Sequence record: SRR9188677_161
DNA length: 64,000 bases
Direction: 5' to 3' (one strand)
Both the position numbers and the translations under genes were made by a program. Shown here in pieces: positions 30,301 through 40,675 of this stretch. The notes beneath the pieces are model-generated. The model saw only the letters and a list, made by a program, of their open reading frames with translations, did no database searches and had not been told where the DNA came from. Position 1 is the stretch's first letter. Each line of letters begins with the position of its first letter.

Positions 30301-33300
30301 CGAGTGTTGCCGATCCGGGATGCGGTGGTTATCTCGGAGGAGATGTATGGTTTTCATTAGTGGTTCCTGTTACTGGAGAGATAACAGTAGATTTACAGGC
30401 TGGAGATATTACAGACAGTGGTATGGCTATTTATTCCGGAACATGCGGAGGCCTGACTTTATTGGAATGTAATGATGACAAAGGTACTTTTGCATATATG
30501 TCGAATATTAATTTAAGAGGATTGACGCCAGGGCAAACAATCTATATAAGAGTATGGAGCTATGACAATGCGGAAAGCGGAACTTTCGGGATTTGTGCCA
30601 CTACCCCTGCATGTCCATCCCCATCCGATTTAAATGCCAGTGTTACATCAACAACAAGCGTTACCGTAAGCTGGAATCCAACTACACCATCGCCGGCCGG
30701 AGGCTATCAGTATTTCATTAATACAACGGGCACCGCCCCAACTGCGGGTTCAACTCCAACAGGAACTACTGCGGCGGGTGTATTCAGCGTAAGCCTTTCC
30801 GGATTGACCCCCGGTTTAAAATACTATTTTTGGGTTCGCTCCAATTGTGGAGGCTCAGGCAACAGCACCTGGTTCGGGCCAACAAATTATACGCCATGCG
30901 CCATTGGGAACGGAACCGGAACCACAACGGTTTCCTGTATCAATCCAACCGCATTCGGAACATTATCCAGCGTATCATTGGGCACTGAACCTGTAATCAA
31001 CTGCACTGCCGGATGCCCTACCCTGGAAATGAGTTACTTGCAGCTCAAACAGACGACCGATTATGTTGCCACAGAAATCCCTTATGCGCCGCCTTATCAG
31101 TTTACGTGCCTGCAAAATCCTGTGAGCGTTAATATTGATGACAGATGGTCACCGGCGATCAACCTTCCTTTTAACTTTTGTTTTTATGGAAACAACTTCA
31201 ACAGATGTTTAATGGGTTCTAACGGGGTACTTACATTTGACACCGTGAACAATACACCGGGCGGTTATTCCGACTGGCAGTTCAACACCAACCTGCCAAG
31301 CACTAACCTATTCAGAAATACGATTTTTGGTGTTTACCACGATATCGACCCAAGCAAAGGCGGGCAAGTCGGATGGGAATTGATTACCCTGAATTCAGGC
31401 TGCAGGGCTTTGGTAGCATCCTGGAGCGACATCCCAATGTTTTCAAGTTCTTGTAGCAACATGTACTATACCGGCATGATTGTTTTATACGAAAACAGCA
31501 ACGTAATCGAAGTTTACGTCAAGGAAAAAAACATCTGCTCCAGCTGGAATCGTGGAAATGCCATCGTTGGCATACAAAACGGAGCAGGAACAATGGCTTC
31601 ATTCCCAACAACACCAACAAGCTCTATCAATACAAACAATGTAGCGAGCGACTGGACTGCCACAAATAAAGCCTGGAGGTTTACTCCAAATGGTGCCAAC
31701 ATTACACCAACGTTCCAATGGTACCAAGGTCCGCCGATAGCAGCCAACCAGATTGCAGGAGCTACATCAAACACACTGACTGTCTGCCCGGCCGTATCGA
31801 CTTCCTACACTGCCGAAGTAAGCTATCCGCTTTGTACCGGAACGGTAAAAGTATCAGACGAAATAACCGTTACCGTTGACGGAAACAAAGTATGGAACGG
31901 AAGCACCGACACCAACTGGAATGTAGCGACCAACTGGACACCAAATGGCGTTCCGGTGAATACCAATTGCGTCATCATACCCAACACTACCCGCAAGCCT
32001 GTAATTTCTTCTGCTCCTGATGCTGTAGGTTATAACCTGGCGGTTTACAATAATGCACAACTAACTATTAATTCCAACCAAAACCTAACCATTACGGACA
32101 GGGTTACGGTTCAGCCCAACGGAATTTTCACCATCAACAACAGCGCGAGCCTTATTCAGATCAACAACATCCTCAATTCCGGAAACATTATCTATAAGCG
32201 GGATTCGCCAAACATCCGGATGCTGGATTATTCCTATTGGTCTTCACCGGTTGCAGGATTTAACGTGAGCAACATCGTTTCTCCGCTGACTTTCGGGCCG
32301 ATTTACCGATGGAATACAACACTTGCCAACCCTAACGGAGGACAAGGCGGATGGCAGAGTGCAGCTGGAAGTATAATGGTGGCAGGAAAAGGATATATTG
32401 CCAGGGCTCCGAATGCGGCTCCATACAATAGCGGATCCGGGACTTTGAGCGGAACTTTCACAGGTGTCCCTAATAATGGAATCATAACCATCCCTATCGA
32501 AAGAGGAAATGACCAGAATACCGCCTATCATACCGGAACCAACGGCATTGAAGTAACCAACTTAAGCGACAACTGGAATTTGCTCGGAAACCCTTATCCT
32601 TCAGCTATTCGTGGAAGCCAGTTCCTGTATGACAACAGGACCAAGATTTTAGGGAACATTAGGTTATGGACCCATGGCACACTTCCTTCGGAATTGATTG
32701 CTAATCCGTTTTATTCTTCATTTGTTTATAATTATACGGCAGGCGATTATTATACCTATAATTTCACCGGAACCAGTTGCTGCCCTGCTGCAGGAGCGGA
32801 TTTATTCATCGGGTCCGGTCAGGGATTTTTTGTCCAGATGATTGACGGCGCACCGGTTTCTGCCGCAGATAATATTACCGTTGAATTCAACAATGGCCTC
32901 AGAAGTGCCGCGTTTAGCAACAGTAGTTTCTACAGGACAGCAAACATAACCACGACTTCAACGTTTGACATCAACAGCATAGAACGAAACCGAATCTGGC
33001 TGGACCTTATTAATCCTAACGGGCAATCTGACCGTACCTTGTTTGGATATATTCAGGATGCTACTATGGAAACCGACAGCTTCTTTGACTGCGTAACACA
33101 AAATACCGGCGGTACATTGATTTATTCTGAAACCGGAAACACCAAATTCAACATCCAGGGAAGAAGCCTGCCGTTTGATGCGAACGACCAGGTACCAATT
33201 GGTGTAAATATTCCAACTGCCGGAGAATACACCATTGCGATTGCCGGAATTGACGGGCTTTTCACCAACCAAAACATCTACCTTAAAGATGAACTGCTGA

Positions 33301-33653
33301 ATATAACGCACGACCTTAAAGCCCATCCTTACCGATTCAACTCTGCCCCTCAGACTGGCGGCATCAACGACAGGTTCAAAGTGGTTTATCAAACCAATAC
33401 ATTAGCAAATCCTACCCAGACATTCGACAATACGGTTAAGGTTATTGTCAATAATGAAGTTGCGGTAAGCTCGAATAATCTTGAAATGGAATCGATAGCG
33501 GTTTATAATCTTTTAGGGCAGAAACTGGATACTTACAAAAATGTAAACTCCAATTATGTGGTTCTTTCCAACCTGCACAAAAAGAATGCAACCCTTCTGC
33601 TCAAAATAAAATTGCAGACAGGAGAAACTGTAGTCAAAAAAATCCTCTACTAG
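27318..33653 (+). CDS. Giant T9SS-secreted multidomain adhesin-like protein
   Basis: Signal peptide, N-domain, IPT/TIG-like domain, six ~75-aa Ig-like repeats (~28190-29530), FN3, two NDxC domains, FN3, LPFNFCFYG domain, YWSSPV/GNPYPS/GQGF module, CTD (YNLLGQ...KKILY). Confidence 0.88.
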   Translation: MTKNYPCAIKKPTFKTFLMLVCILFANTIHSQIVLISPTGDGGFENGTTFALNGWTAANGGNTNRNWYVGTGQAGYTGARCAFIGNSATTVGTNGSARIQHFYRSITIPAGATNIQLSFKYKQATADYTNPTFYDFISVSTSNTIPIGNTAPPGATVFGPFPTVAVPNFTTQNATLSNALAGTTTNLIFTFQCDGFTPDAYGAIDDISLTYTLPPTITSLGAASGCQGNSLTINGTNLTGATSVTIGGTAAAITANTGTSITVTIGAGTTGTVSVTTPGGTATSAATFTVNPLPAAIAGGAATVCTGNTTPAFTNATAGGTWSITNGTGTATISAGGVVTAANAGSVTVVYTLPTGCSRTAGLTIQQTPGAIAGGSPTVCTGVPSPAFTNPDAGGTWSVTNGTGAATITSPGGILTGTSAGTVTVVYAIGSCVPSTYAVTVHPSPAAIGGAATVCVGATITQTNATAGGTWSVTNGTGTASIAPTGDLLGITPGTVTVNYTVGSCTATKTITVTPPPGAIGGGAATVCAGSATPAFTNPNAGGTWSILNGTGSATITSGGIATGVSAGTVTVVYTIGSCTPSTIPLTVNPLPAAIAGSATVCTGTTTTMTDATPGGAWSIVNGSGSATITAGGVVTPVTVGNVSVVYTLPTSCNVTKALAVQQTPGAIGGGAATVCAGSSTPAFTNPNAGGTWSVTNGTGSATITAGGILSGVTAGTVTVNYTIGSCVASTYAATVLATPAAPTAPVNSNITNSGFTVSWTASAGAVNYVLEVYTNPGMTIAAPGSPFTVASPTVTYTVGGLNAYTTYYYRIRATNPNCNSTYVNGSVTTLLINDNCSGAIGLTVNPSPVCSAYANGTSVGATQSLVGCAGNADDDVWYSFTATGTSHYVIVAPVSLNNVVFEVFYGNCSGLTSMGCVDVTTGAQNESAILTGLTLGTTYYVRVYSRGAAANAGTFQICVSTPIPNDECTGAIPLTVSNTCSYSTYTNIGATDSTSVADPGCGGYLGGDVWFSLVVPVTGEITVDLQAGDITDSGMAIYSGTCGGLTLLECNDDKGTFAYMSNINLRGLTPGQTIYIRVWSYDNAESGTFGICATTPACPSPSDLNASVTSTTSVTVSWNPTTPSPAGGYQYFINTTGTAPTAGSTPTGTTAAGVFSVSLSGLTPGLKYYFWVRSNCGGSGNSTWFGPTNYTPCAIGNGTGTTTVSCINPTAFGTLSSVSLGTEPVINCTAGCPTLEMSYLQLKQTTDYVATEIPYAPPYQFTCLQNPVSVNIDDRWSPAINLPFNFCFYGNNFNRCLMGSNGVLTFDTVNNTPGGYSDWQFNTNLPSTNLFRNTIFGVYHDIDPSKGGQVGWELITLNSGCRALVASWSDIPMFSSSCSNMYYTGMIVLYENSNVIEVYVKEKNICSSWNRGNAIVGIQNGAGTMASFPTTPTSSINTNNVASDWTATNKAWRFTPNGANITPTFQWYQGPPIAANQIAGATSNTLTVCPAVSTSYTAEVSYPLCTGTVKVSDEITVTVDGNKVWNGSTDTNWNVATNWTPNGVPVNTNCVIIPNTTRKPVISSAPDAVGYNLAVYNNAQLTINSNQNLTITDRVTVQPNGIFTINNSASLIQINNILNSGNIIYKRDSPNIRMLDYSYWSSPVAGFNVSNIVSPLTFGPIYRWNTTLANPNGGQGGWQSAAGSIMVAGKGYIARAPNAAPYNSGSGTLSGTFTGVPNNGIITIPIERGNDQNTAYHTGTNGIEVTNLSDNWNLLGNPYPSAIRGSQFLYDNRTKILGNIRLWTHGTLPSELIANPFYSSFVYNYTAGDYYTYNFTGTSCCPAAGADLFIGSGQGFFVQMIDGAPVSAADNITVEFNNGLRSAAFSNSSFYRTANITTTSTFDINSIERNRIWLDLINPNGQSDRTLFGYIQDATMETDSFFDCVTQNTGGTLIYSETGNTKFNIQGRSLPFDANDQVPIGVNIPTAGEYTIAIAGIDGLFTNQNIYLKDELLNITHDLKAHPYRFNSAPQTGGINDRFKVVYQTNTLANPTQTFDNTVKVIVNNEVAVSSNNLEMESIAVYNLLGQKLDTYKNVNSNYVVLSNLHKKNATLLLKIKLQTGETVVKKILY

Positions 33654-33982
33654 GTATTGACATAGTTTAAAAACTTCCAAAAAGACCTTCTCTTTAAATA
33701 GTTAAGGTCTTTTTCATTTTCGTAGGCCTCACGTTCAAAGGAAATATTCCGGTAGGCTTTGTTTTTGTCTTTACAGATGAGAATCCTAACCGCAAATTCA
33801 ATTCCGTACCAAATATAAAAAGGCAGGACCAGCATTTCGATTTGCTGCCTAATGTGAATCTTTTCATGGTTTATCATCACGGGGTTCTCTTTGAGGACTT
33901 GTTCCGAAACAAGGATAAAGGGAAACAAAGTGATCCCTCTGAAGCCTTTTGGAATTAAATATCTCGAAACGATTACAAACAT
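33650..33982 (-). CDS. Conserved hypothetical protein with HExxH motif
   Basis: GITLFPFI, INHEKIH, YRNISFEREAY. Confidence 0.75.
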   Translation of the reverse strand: MFVIVSRYLIPKGFRGITLFPFILVSEQVLKENPVMINHEKIHIRQQIEMLVLPFYIWYGIEFAVRILICKDKNKAYRNISFEREAYENEKDLNYLKRRSFWKFLNYVNT

Positions 33983-33992
33983 TTTAGTATAA

Positions 33993-34193
<201 letters not shown>

Positions 34194-34209
34194 GAATTAC
34201 AACACCATA

Positions 34210-35187
34210 ATGAACGTTTTCATAAATAAAAACATCCCGGAAGCCGGCATTCTTTTACTTAAGGAAAAAGGCATCAACCTTACCATAAACCCAACAGAAA
34301 ATTCATTAACCAGGGAAGAGTTCATAGCTATTTGCCAAAAAAACGATGCCCTTCTCAATGTTGGGGCCAATAATCTCGACGAAGCTTTTTTTGAGCAATG
34401 TCCTAATTTAAAAGGAATCGCCTTGTATTCTGTAGGATTTGATTCCGTAAACATTCACTCAGCCAATAAGCGAAAAATCCCAATAGGAAATACACCCGAT
34501 GTTTTGAGCAGGGCGACTTCAGACATTGCTTTTTTACTGATGCAGAGCGTTGCGCGGAAAGCATTCTTCAACCACAAAAAAATCCTGAAAGGAAACTGGA
34601 ACAGCTTCAATGCCCTGGAAAATTTAGGCCAGGAACTTTACGGAAAAACACTCGGAATCTTCGGTTTGGGAAGGATCGGTTTTGAGATGGCAAAAAAATG
34701 CAAAGCTGCTTTTGGAATAAACATTATTTACCACAACCGCTCACACAACGAAACCGCCGAAAAAGAGCTAAATGCTACATTTGTAGATTTCGAAACCCTG
34801 CTTTCTCAAAGCGATGTCATAAGCATCCATTCGAATTACAGCGTGGAAAACAACGAGCTTTTTAATAAAGATTCCTTTGCCAAAATGAAGAGTAATTCAA
34901 TTTTCATCAATACCGCAAGAGGGAAATTCCATAATGAAAATGATTTATTTGAGGCCTTAACCAACGGAATAATCTGGGGAGCAGGGCTAGATGTCACCAA
35001 TCCCGAACCAATGAATCCGGAAAATCCGCTGCTCGAATTGCCAAATTGTTGTATTTTGCCGCATATTGGCTCAGCGACATACGAAGCCCGTAACGCCATG
35101 GCCGTTTGTGCTGCACAAAATATAATCGCGCTGTTGGAAAATAAAAAAATGCCCTACTGCGTTAATGAAGAAGTTTATTTGAATTAA
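34210..35187 (+). CDS. D-2-hydroxyacid dehydrogenase (glyoxylate reductase-like)
   Basis: GIFGLGRIG, FINTARG, AGLDV...EP, LPHIGSAT. Confidence 0.92.
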   Translation: MNVFINKNIPEAGILLLKEKGINLTINPTENSLTREEFIAICQKNDALLNVGANNLDEAFFEQCPNLKGIALYSVGFDSVNIHSANKRKIPIGNTPDVLSRATSDIAFLLMQSVARKAFFNHKKILKGNWNSFNALENLGQELYGKTLGIFGLGRIGFEMAKKCKAAFGINIIYHNRSHNETAEKELNATFVDFETLLSQSDVISIHSNYSVENNELFNKDSFAKMKSNSIFINTARGKFHNENDLFEALTNGIIWGAGLDVTNPEPMNPENPLLELPNCCILPHIGSATYEARNAMAVCAAQNIIALLENKKMPYCVNEEVYLN

Positions 35188-35201
35188 AAATAAAAGTTAC
35201 C

Positions 35202-37178
35202 ATGACCTTTCAAGACCAAATAACACAAGGAATCCCATCGGTTTTACCAAATCCGAAACCTTACGAAACCGAAATAAACCACGCACCCAAGCGTAAAGAA
35301 ATACTTTCCGAAGAAGAAAAAAAACTGGCTTTAAAAAATGCCCTGCGTTATTTTGAACCGCAGCATCATGCAACGCTTTTACCGGAATTCAGGGAAGAAC
35401 TGGAAAAATACGGCCGAATCTACATGTACCGATTCCGTCCGGATTACAAAATGCACGCCCGACCGATTTCGGAATATCCCGGGAAATCAGAACAGGCGAA
35501 AGCGATTATGCTGATGATCCAGAACAATCTGGATTATGCCGTGGCACAACACCCACATGAATTAATAACTTATGGCGGAAATGGTGCAGTTTTCCAGAAC
35601 TGGGCGCAATATCTCCTGACGATGAAATATTTGTCTGAGATGACTGATGAGCAAACATTAACCATCTATTCGGGCCATCCGATGGGATTGTATCCGTCAC
35701 ATAAAGATGCGCCACGCGTTGTAGTTACTAACGGAATGGTGATTCCTAATTATTCCAAACCGGATGACTGGGAAAAAATGAATGCGCTTGGGGTTTCCCA
35801 ATACGGTCAAATGACCGCTGGAAGTTATATGTATATTGGGCCACAGGGAATCGTCCACGGAACCACGATTACCGTTTTGAACGGATTCCGTAAAATCAAA
35901 AAAGTACCAAAAGGCGGCTTGTTCGTAACTTCAGGTTTGGGCGGTATGTCTGGTGCCCAGCCAAAAGCCGGAAACATTGCAGGCTGCGTGACCGTTTGTG
36001 CCGAAGTCAATCCAAAAATAACACACATTCGCCATTCTCAGGGCTGGATCAACGAAATCATAGAAAACATAAACGATCTAGTTCCAAGAGTCAAAAAAGC
36101 GCTTCACGACCAGGAAACGGTTTCTATCGCTTACCTCGGAAACATTGTTGATGTTTGGGAACGATTCGATCAGGAAGATTTGCATGTCGATTTGGGTTCC
36201 GATCAGACTTCATTGCACAATCCTTGGGCAGGAGGTTATTACCCGGTTGGAATTTCGTTTGAAGAAGCCAATAAAATGATGGCGGAACATCCGGCAAAAT
36301 TCAAGGAAGAGGTACAGAATACCTTACGCCGCCATGCCAAGGCAATCAACAAGCACACCGCAAAAGGAACGTATTTCTTTGATTACGGAAATGCCTTTTT
36401 ACTGGAAGCATCCCGCGCCGGAGCTGACGTAATGTCTGCAAACGGAATTGACTTCAAATACCCGAGCTATGTTCAGGACATTATGGGACCCATGTGCTTT
36501 GACTACGGATTTGGGCCTTTTAGATGGGTATGTACTTCAGGAAATCCGGAAGATTTGGCTAAGACCGATAAGATTGCGTGCGATGTTTTGGAGGAAATGA
36601 TGAAAAATTCCCCATCCGAAATCAAACAGCAAATGGCCGATAACATCCAATGGATTAAAGGCGCGCAGGAAAATAAATTAGTCGTAGGCTCACAAGCCCG
36701 AATCCTATATGCCGATGCCGAAGGCCGAATTAAAATCGCTCAGGCTTTCAATAATGCGATTGCAAACGGCGAAATCGGTTATGTTGTTTTAGGCCGCGAC
36801 CACCACGACGTTTCAGGAACCGATTCACCTTACAGGGAAACTTCCAATATTTATGACGGTTCCCGTTTTACTGCCGATATGGCGATTCAAAACGTAATTG
36901 GCGACAGTTTCCGCGGGGCAACCTGGGTTTCCATACATAACGGAGGTGGCGTTGGCTGGGGCGAAGTAATCAATGGCGGGTTCGGGATGGTACTTGATGG
37001 TTCAGCTGACGCGGCAAGAAGATTGGAATCAATGCTGTTTTGGGATGTTAACAACGGAATCTCAAGACGAAACTGGGCCCGAAACGAAGGGGCTATTTTC
37101 GCTATAAAAAGAGCTATGGAAACGCAGCCTTTATTGAAAGTTACGCTTCCGAATTTTGTGGATGAGGGTTTATTTTAA
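35202..37178 (+). CDS. hutU: Urocanate hydratase (long form)
   Basis: GQMTAGSY, GLGGMSGAQ, SDQTS, GRDHHD, HNGGGVGWG. Confidence 0.95.
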   Translation: MTFQDQITQGIPSVLPNPKPYETEINHAPKRKEILSEEEKKLALKNALRYFEPQHHATLLPEFREELEKYGRIYMYRFRPDYKMHARPISEYPGKSEQAKAIMLMIQNNLDYAVAQHPHELITYGGNGAVFQNWAQYLLTMKYLSEMTDEQTLTIYSGHPMGLYPSHKDAPRVVVTNGMVIPNYSKPDDWEKMNALGVSQYGQMTAGSYMYIGPQGIVHGTTITVLNGFRKIKKVPKGGLFVTSGLGGMSGAQPKAGNIAGCVTVCAEVNPKITHIRHSQGWINEIIENINDLVPRVKKALHDQETVSIAYLGNIVDVWERFDQEDLHVDLGSDQTSLHNPWAGGYYPVGISFEEANKMMAEHPAKFKEEVQNTLRRHAKAINKHTAKGTYFFDYGNAFLLEASRAGADVMSANGIDFKYPSYVQDIMGPMCFDYGFGPFRWVCTSGNPEDLAKTDKIACDVLEEMMKNSPSEIKQQMADNIQWIKGAQENKLVVGSQARILYADAEGRIKIAQAFNNAIANGEIGYVVLGRDHHDVSGTDSPYRETSNIYDGSRFTADMAIQNVIGDSFRGATWVSIHNGGGVGWGEVINGGFGMVLDGSADAARRLESMLFWDVNNGISRRNWARNEGAIFAIKRAMETQPLLKVTLPNFVDEGLF

Positions 37179-37195
37179 TTTCTAAAACACCTGTT

Positions 37196-37981
37196 GTGGA
37201 AAATAAAATCGTTTGGATTACCGGTGCCTCTTCCGGGATTGGCGAAGCTTTGGCGCATCAGTTTTCGAAAGAGAAATCGCTTCTGATTTTATCTTCCAGA
37301 AATGAATCGGCTTTGGAAAAAGTCAGGAACGAATGTGCTTTCCCCGACAGGATAAAAATCCTTCCACTCGATTTGGAGGATTTGGATTCACTTCATAAAA
37401 AAGCTGAAGAAGCCTGGAATTATTTCGGAACGATTGATATTTTGATCAACAACGGCGGGATCAGCCAAAGAAGCCTTGCCTTGGAAACCAATCTAGAAAC
37501 AGAACAGAGAATCATGAGAATTGATTTTTGGGGAACAACGGTTTTATCTAAAGCGATTCTTCCGAAAATGATTGCCAATAATGGCGGACAGATTGTTTGC
37601 GTAACGAGCCTGGTTGGAAAATTCGGAACCAAATACCGTTCTGCTTACTCCGCCGCCAAACATGCACTCCACGGTTATTTTGATTCGCTGCGATCTGAAG
37701 TTTACGATAAGAATATCTGGATTACGATAGTATGTCCCGGTTTTATAAAGACCAATATTTCGGTAAATGCGATGACAGCTGACGGAAGCGCGCAAGGAAC
37801 CATGGACGATGCCCAGGCAAAAGGGATGGGTGCCGAACAATTTTCCAAAAAAATGTATCATGCCATTCTCCATAAAAAAGAGGAAGTTTACATAGGCGGC
37901 AACGAAGTTTACGGTGTTTACCTAAAGCGGTTTTTCCCTAAACTGTTCTCAAAAATCGTCCGGAAGCAAAAAGTCACATAG
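37196..37981 (+). CDS. Short-chain dehydrogenase/reductase (DHRS7-like)
   Basis: ITGASSGIG, NNGG, YSAAK; GTG start. Confidence 0.9.
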   Translation: MENKIVWITGASSGIGEALAHQFSKEKSLLILSSRNESALEKVRNECAFPDRIKILPLDLEDLDSLHKKAEEAWNYFGTIDILINNGGISQRSLALETNLETEQRIMRIDFWGTTVLSKAILPKMIANNGGQIVCVTSLVGKFGTKYRSAYSAAKHALHGYFDSLRSEVYDKNIWITIVCPGFIKTNISVNAMTADGSAQGTMDDAQAKGMGAEQFSKKMYHAILHKKEEVYIGGNEVYGVYLKRFFPKLFSKIVRKQKVT

Positions 37982-38132
37982 CATAGTGGTATAATTATTG
38001 AGGCTAAAACAAGCTCAGAATCAGCATTTTTAACGGAAAAATAATTGGATGGAAACGCAACCTCCATCAAGATTTTCCATCCTAAACATTCTGGGCGATT
38101 CCATGTTTTAGAAACCTTAATTTAAAATAGCT

Positions 38133-38666
38133 ATGAAGACTTTAAAGATTTTACCGTTATTCCTGCTCGTTATACTTGCATCGTGTTCGTCTGTAAAGGT
38201 GAATTCCGATTATGACAAAAAAGTAGATTTTACTCCATACAAAACCTATGCGTTTTACAAAAACGGCATTGATAAGGTCGAAGTATCGGATTTAGACAAG
38301 AAAAGGATCTTACATTCGATTGACGATGTACTTGCTGCCAAAGGATTTACCAAAAGCGAAACCCCGGATTTACTCGTAAACATTTTCACCAAAGAAAGAG
38401 AACAGGTTGACGTAAACCGATTCAATGCCGGATGGGGATATGGCTGGGGCTACGGCTGGAATCCTTACCTATGGGGCGGAAATACCACCGTAAACCGATA
38501 CACCGAAGGAACACTCTACATCGACCTTATTGATGCCAAGAAAAAAGAGCTGATCTGGCAGGGCGAAGGCGAAGGCGTACTAACCAAAAACGTCAATAAA
38601 AAAGACGAAAAAATAAAAGAGTTCGTTTCTAAAATATTGGAGCAGTATCCACCGAAAAAGAAATAA
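38133..38666 (+). CDS. DUF4136 lipoprotein
   Basis: Lipobox LASC; DFTPYKTYAF; EGTLYIDLIDA...LIWQG; YPP. Confidence 0.85.
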   Translation: MKTLKILPLFLLVILASCSSVKVNSDYDKKVDFTPYKTYAFYKNGIDKVEVSDLDKKRILHSIDDVLAAKGFTKSETPDLLVNIFTKEREQVDVNRFNAGWGYGWGYGWNPYLWGGNTTVNRYTEGTLYIDLIDAKKKELIWQGEGEGVLTKNVNKKDEKIKEFVSKILEQYPPKKK

Positions 38667-38722
38667 CAACTCAGACAAAATAAATCGAACCGTAATTTCC
38701 TAAAAAGAGATTGCGGTTTTTT

Positions 38723-38795
38723 TAGCCCCGATGGGAACGGCATCCTTTTTCTTTGCAAAAGGAAAAGATACAGTGGACAGCGGGAAATAGCTCCT
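38723..38795 (+). ncRNA. Flavo-1-like structured RNA/repeat
   Basis: AGCCCCGATGGGAACGGCATCCTTTT...AAAAGATACAGTGGACAGCGGGA; nested stems; other copies in the window. Confidence 0.6.
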
Positions 38796-38879
38796 GATTA
38801 TATTTCCAATTTTTAGGGTATTTATAACATTTTTTTTGGTTAAGAGTTGTAAATTTACCAACAGCAACAGCAGAAAATT

Positions 38880-40634
38880 ATGGAAGCAGCATTTGAAAGC
38901 AACCCTTTGATTGACAGGTTACCCAAGCACTTAAAGCAGTTTATAAAGCCTCAGGATTATTCGGATTACACCCCGATCAACCAGGCGGTTTGGCGTTATG
39001 TGATGCGTAAAAATGTGGATTATCTTTCAAAAGTAGCGCATAATTCCTACCTCGACGGCTTGAAAAAAACAGGTTTGGAAGTAGACAATATCCCGAACAT
39101 GTATGGCATGAACCGCATTTTGAAAGAAATCGGCTGGGCCGCCGTTGCCGTGGACGGATTTATTCCGCCCAATGCATTTATGGAATTCCAGGCCTATAAT
39201 GTGCTTGTGATTGCTTCAGACATACGTCAGTTGGAACATATTGAATATACCCCGGCTCCGGACATCATCCACGAAGGTGCTGGCCACGCTCCTATTATTG
39301 CCAATCCGGAATACGCTGAATATTTGCGCCGTTTTGGTGAAATTGGCTGCAAAGCCATCTCATCTTCGCGGGATTACGAATTGTACGAAGCGGTTCGCTT
39401 GCTTTCGATTATCAAGGAAGCTGAAGGAACGCCTCAGGCAGAAATTGAAGCGGCAGAACAGCAGGTTGATTTTTTACAGAACAATATGGGCGAACTTTCT
39501 GAAATGGCGCGCATCCGAAACCTGCATTGGTGGACGGTGGAATACGGCCTGATCGGAAGTGTCGAAAACCCAAAAATATACGGTGCCGGATTGCTGTCTT
39601 CTATTGGGGAAAGTGCCTGGTGCATGACCGATGAAGTGAAGAAAATCCCTTACGACATCTCAGCAGCGGATCAGAGTTTTGACATTACCAAACCACAGCC
39701 TCAGCTTTACGTAACTCCCGATTTTGCTTACTTAAGCCAGGTCCTGGAAGAGTTTGCCAATACTATGGCGTTAAGGACAGGTGGCCTGTCAAGCGTAAAA
39801 AAACTGATCCAGTCGAATGCGTTGGGAACTGTTGAATTGAGTACCGGCTTGCAAATTTCGGGCATTTTTACTAACGTAATCGAAGAAGAAGGAAAACCGG
39901 TTTACCTCCAAACTACAGGAAAAACGGCCTTGTCTTACCGCGAAAAAGAACTGGTTGGCCACGGAACGCAATACCATTCCGAAGGCTTTGGCTCCCCAAT
40001 AGGGAAACTGAAAGGGATCAATTTGGCTATTGAAGACATGAGTCCCCGTGATTTGAGAGCTTATGACATTTATGAAGCCGAAAAGGTTACTTTGGAGTTT
40101 GAAGGAAATATCATCGTTACCGGAGAAATCATTACAGGTTCAAGAAACCTGCAGGGAGAAATCATCATCATCAGTTTCAAGAACTGTACGGTAACGCACA
40201 ATGACACGGTTTTATTCCAGCCGGAATGGGGCATCTACGATATGGCTGTGGGCAAAAAAGTGATTTCGGCCTTTTCAGGCCCTGCTGATGTGAACAGTTT
40301 TGATATGATTAACCATGTACCATCCAGCCAAACTATTAAGGCTAAAAAATCGGCCGAACGCGAAGAATTAGAAAGTTTATATTCAGCCGTCAGACAGATT
40401 CGGGAAAATGGAAATCCGCAAATTACCCTGAAAGAAGCTTTTGCATCAGTGACTGCAAACCATCCAAACGATTGGTTATTAAGTGTTGAAATTGCTGAAC
40501 TGGCCAACGATAAGGATTCCGATTTACTGCAAAAAACCTTAAACCATCTCGAAAGCCTGAAACTTAAACGCCCGGAAGTAGCCCATCTTATTTCTGGCGG
40601 ATTGGAGCTCATCTTTAAAGGAGAACTGGTTTAA
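38880..40634 (+). CDS. phhA: Aromatic amino acid (phenylalanine 4-) hydroxylase, long form
   Basis: YTPAPDIIHEGAGH, WWTVEYGL, YGAGLLSS iron-binding motifs. Confidence 0.9.
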   Translation: MEAAFESNPLIDRLPKHLKQFIKPQDYSDYTPINQAVWRYVMRKNVDYLSKVAHNSYLDGLKKTGLEVDNIPNMYGMNRILKEIGWAAVAVDGFIPPNAFMEFQAYNVLVIASDIRQLEHIEYTPAPDIIHEGAGHAPIIANPEYAEYLRRFGEIGCKAISSSRDYELYEAVRLLSIIKEAEGTPQAEIEAAEQQVDFLQNNMGELSEMARIRNLHWWTVEYGLIGSVENPKIYGAGLLSSIGESAWCMTDEVKKIPYDISAADQSFDITKPQPQLYVTPDFAYLSQVLEEFANTMALRTGGLSSVKKLIQSNALGTVELSTGLQISGIFTNVIEEEGKPVYLQTTGKTALSYREKELVGHGTQYHSEGFGSPIGKLKGINLAIEDMSPRDLRAYDIYEAEKVTLEFEGNIIVTGEIITGSRNLQGEIIIISFKNCTVTHNDTVLFQPEWGIYDMAVGKKVISAFSGPADVNSFDMINHVPSSQTIKAKKSAEREELESLYSAVRQIRENGNPQITLKEAFASVTANHPNDWLLSVEIAELANDKDSDLLQKTLNHLESLKLKRPEVAHLISGGLELIFKGELV

Positions 40635-40675
40635 GATTATTTTGAATTTTAATTTTTTGGTTTTTTATAAAATAC

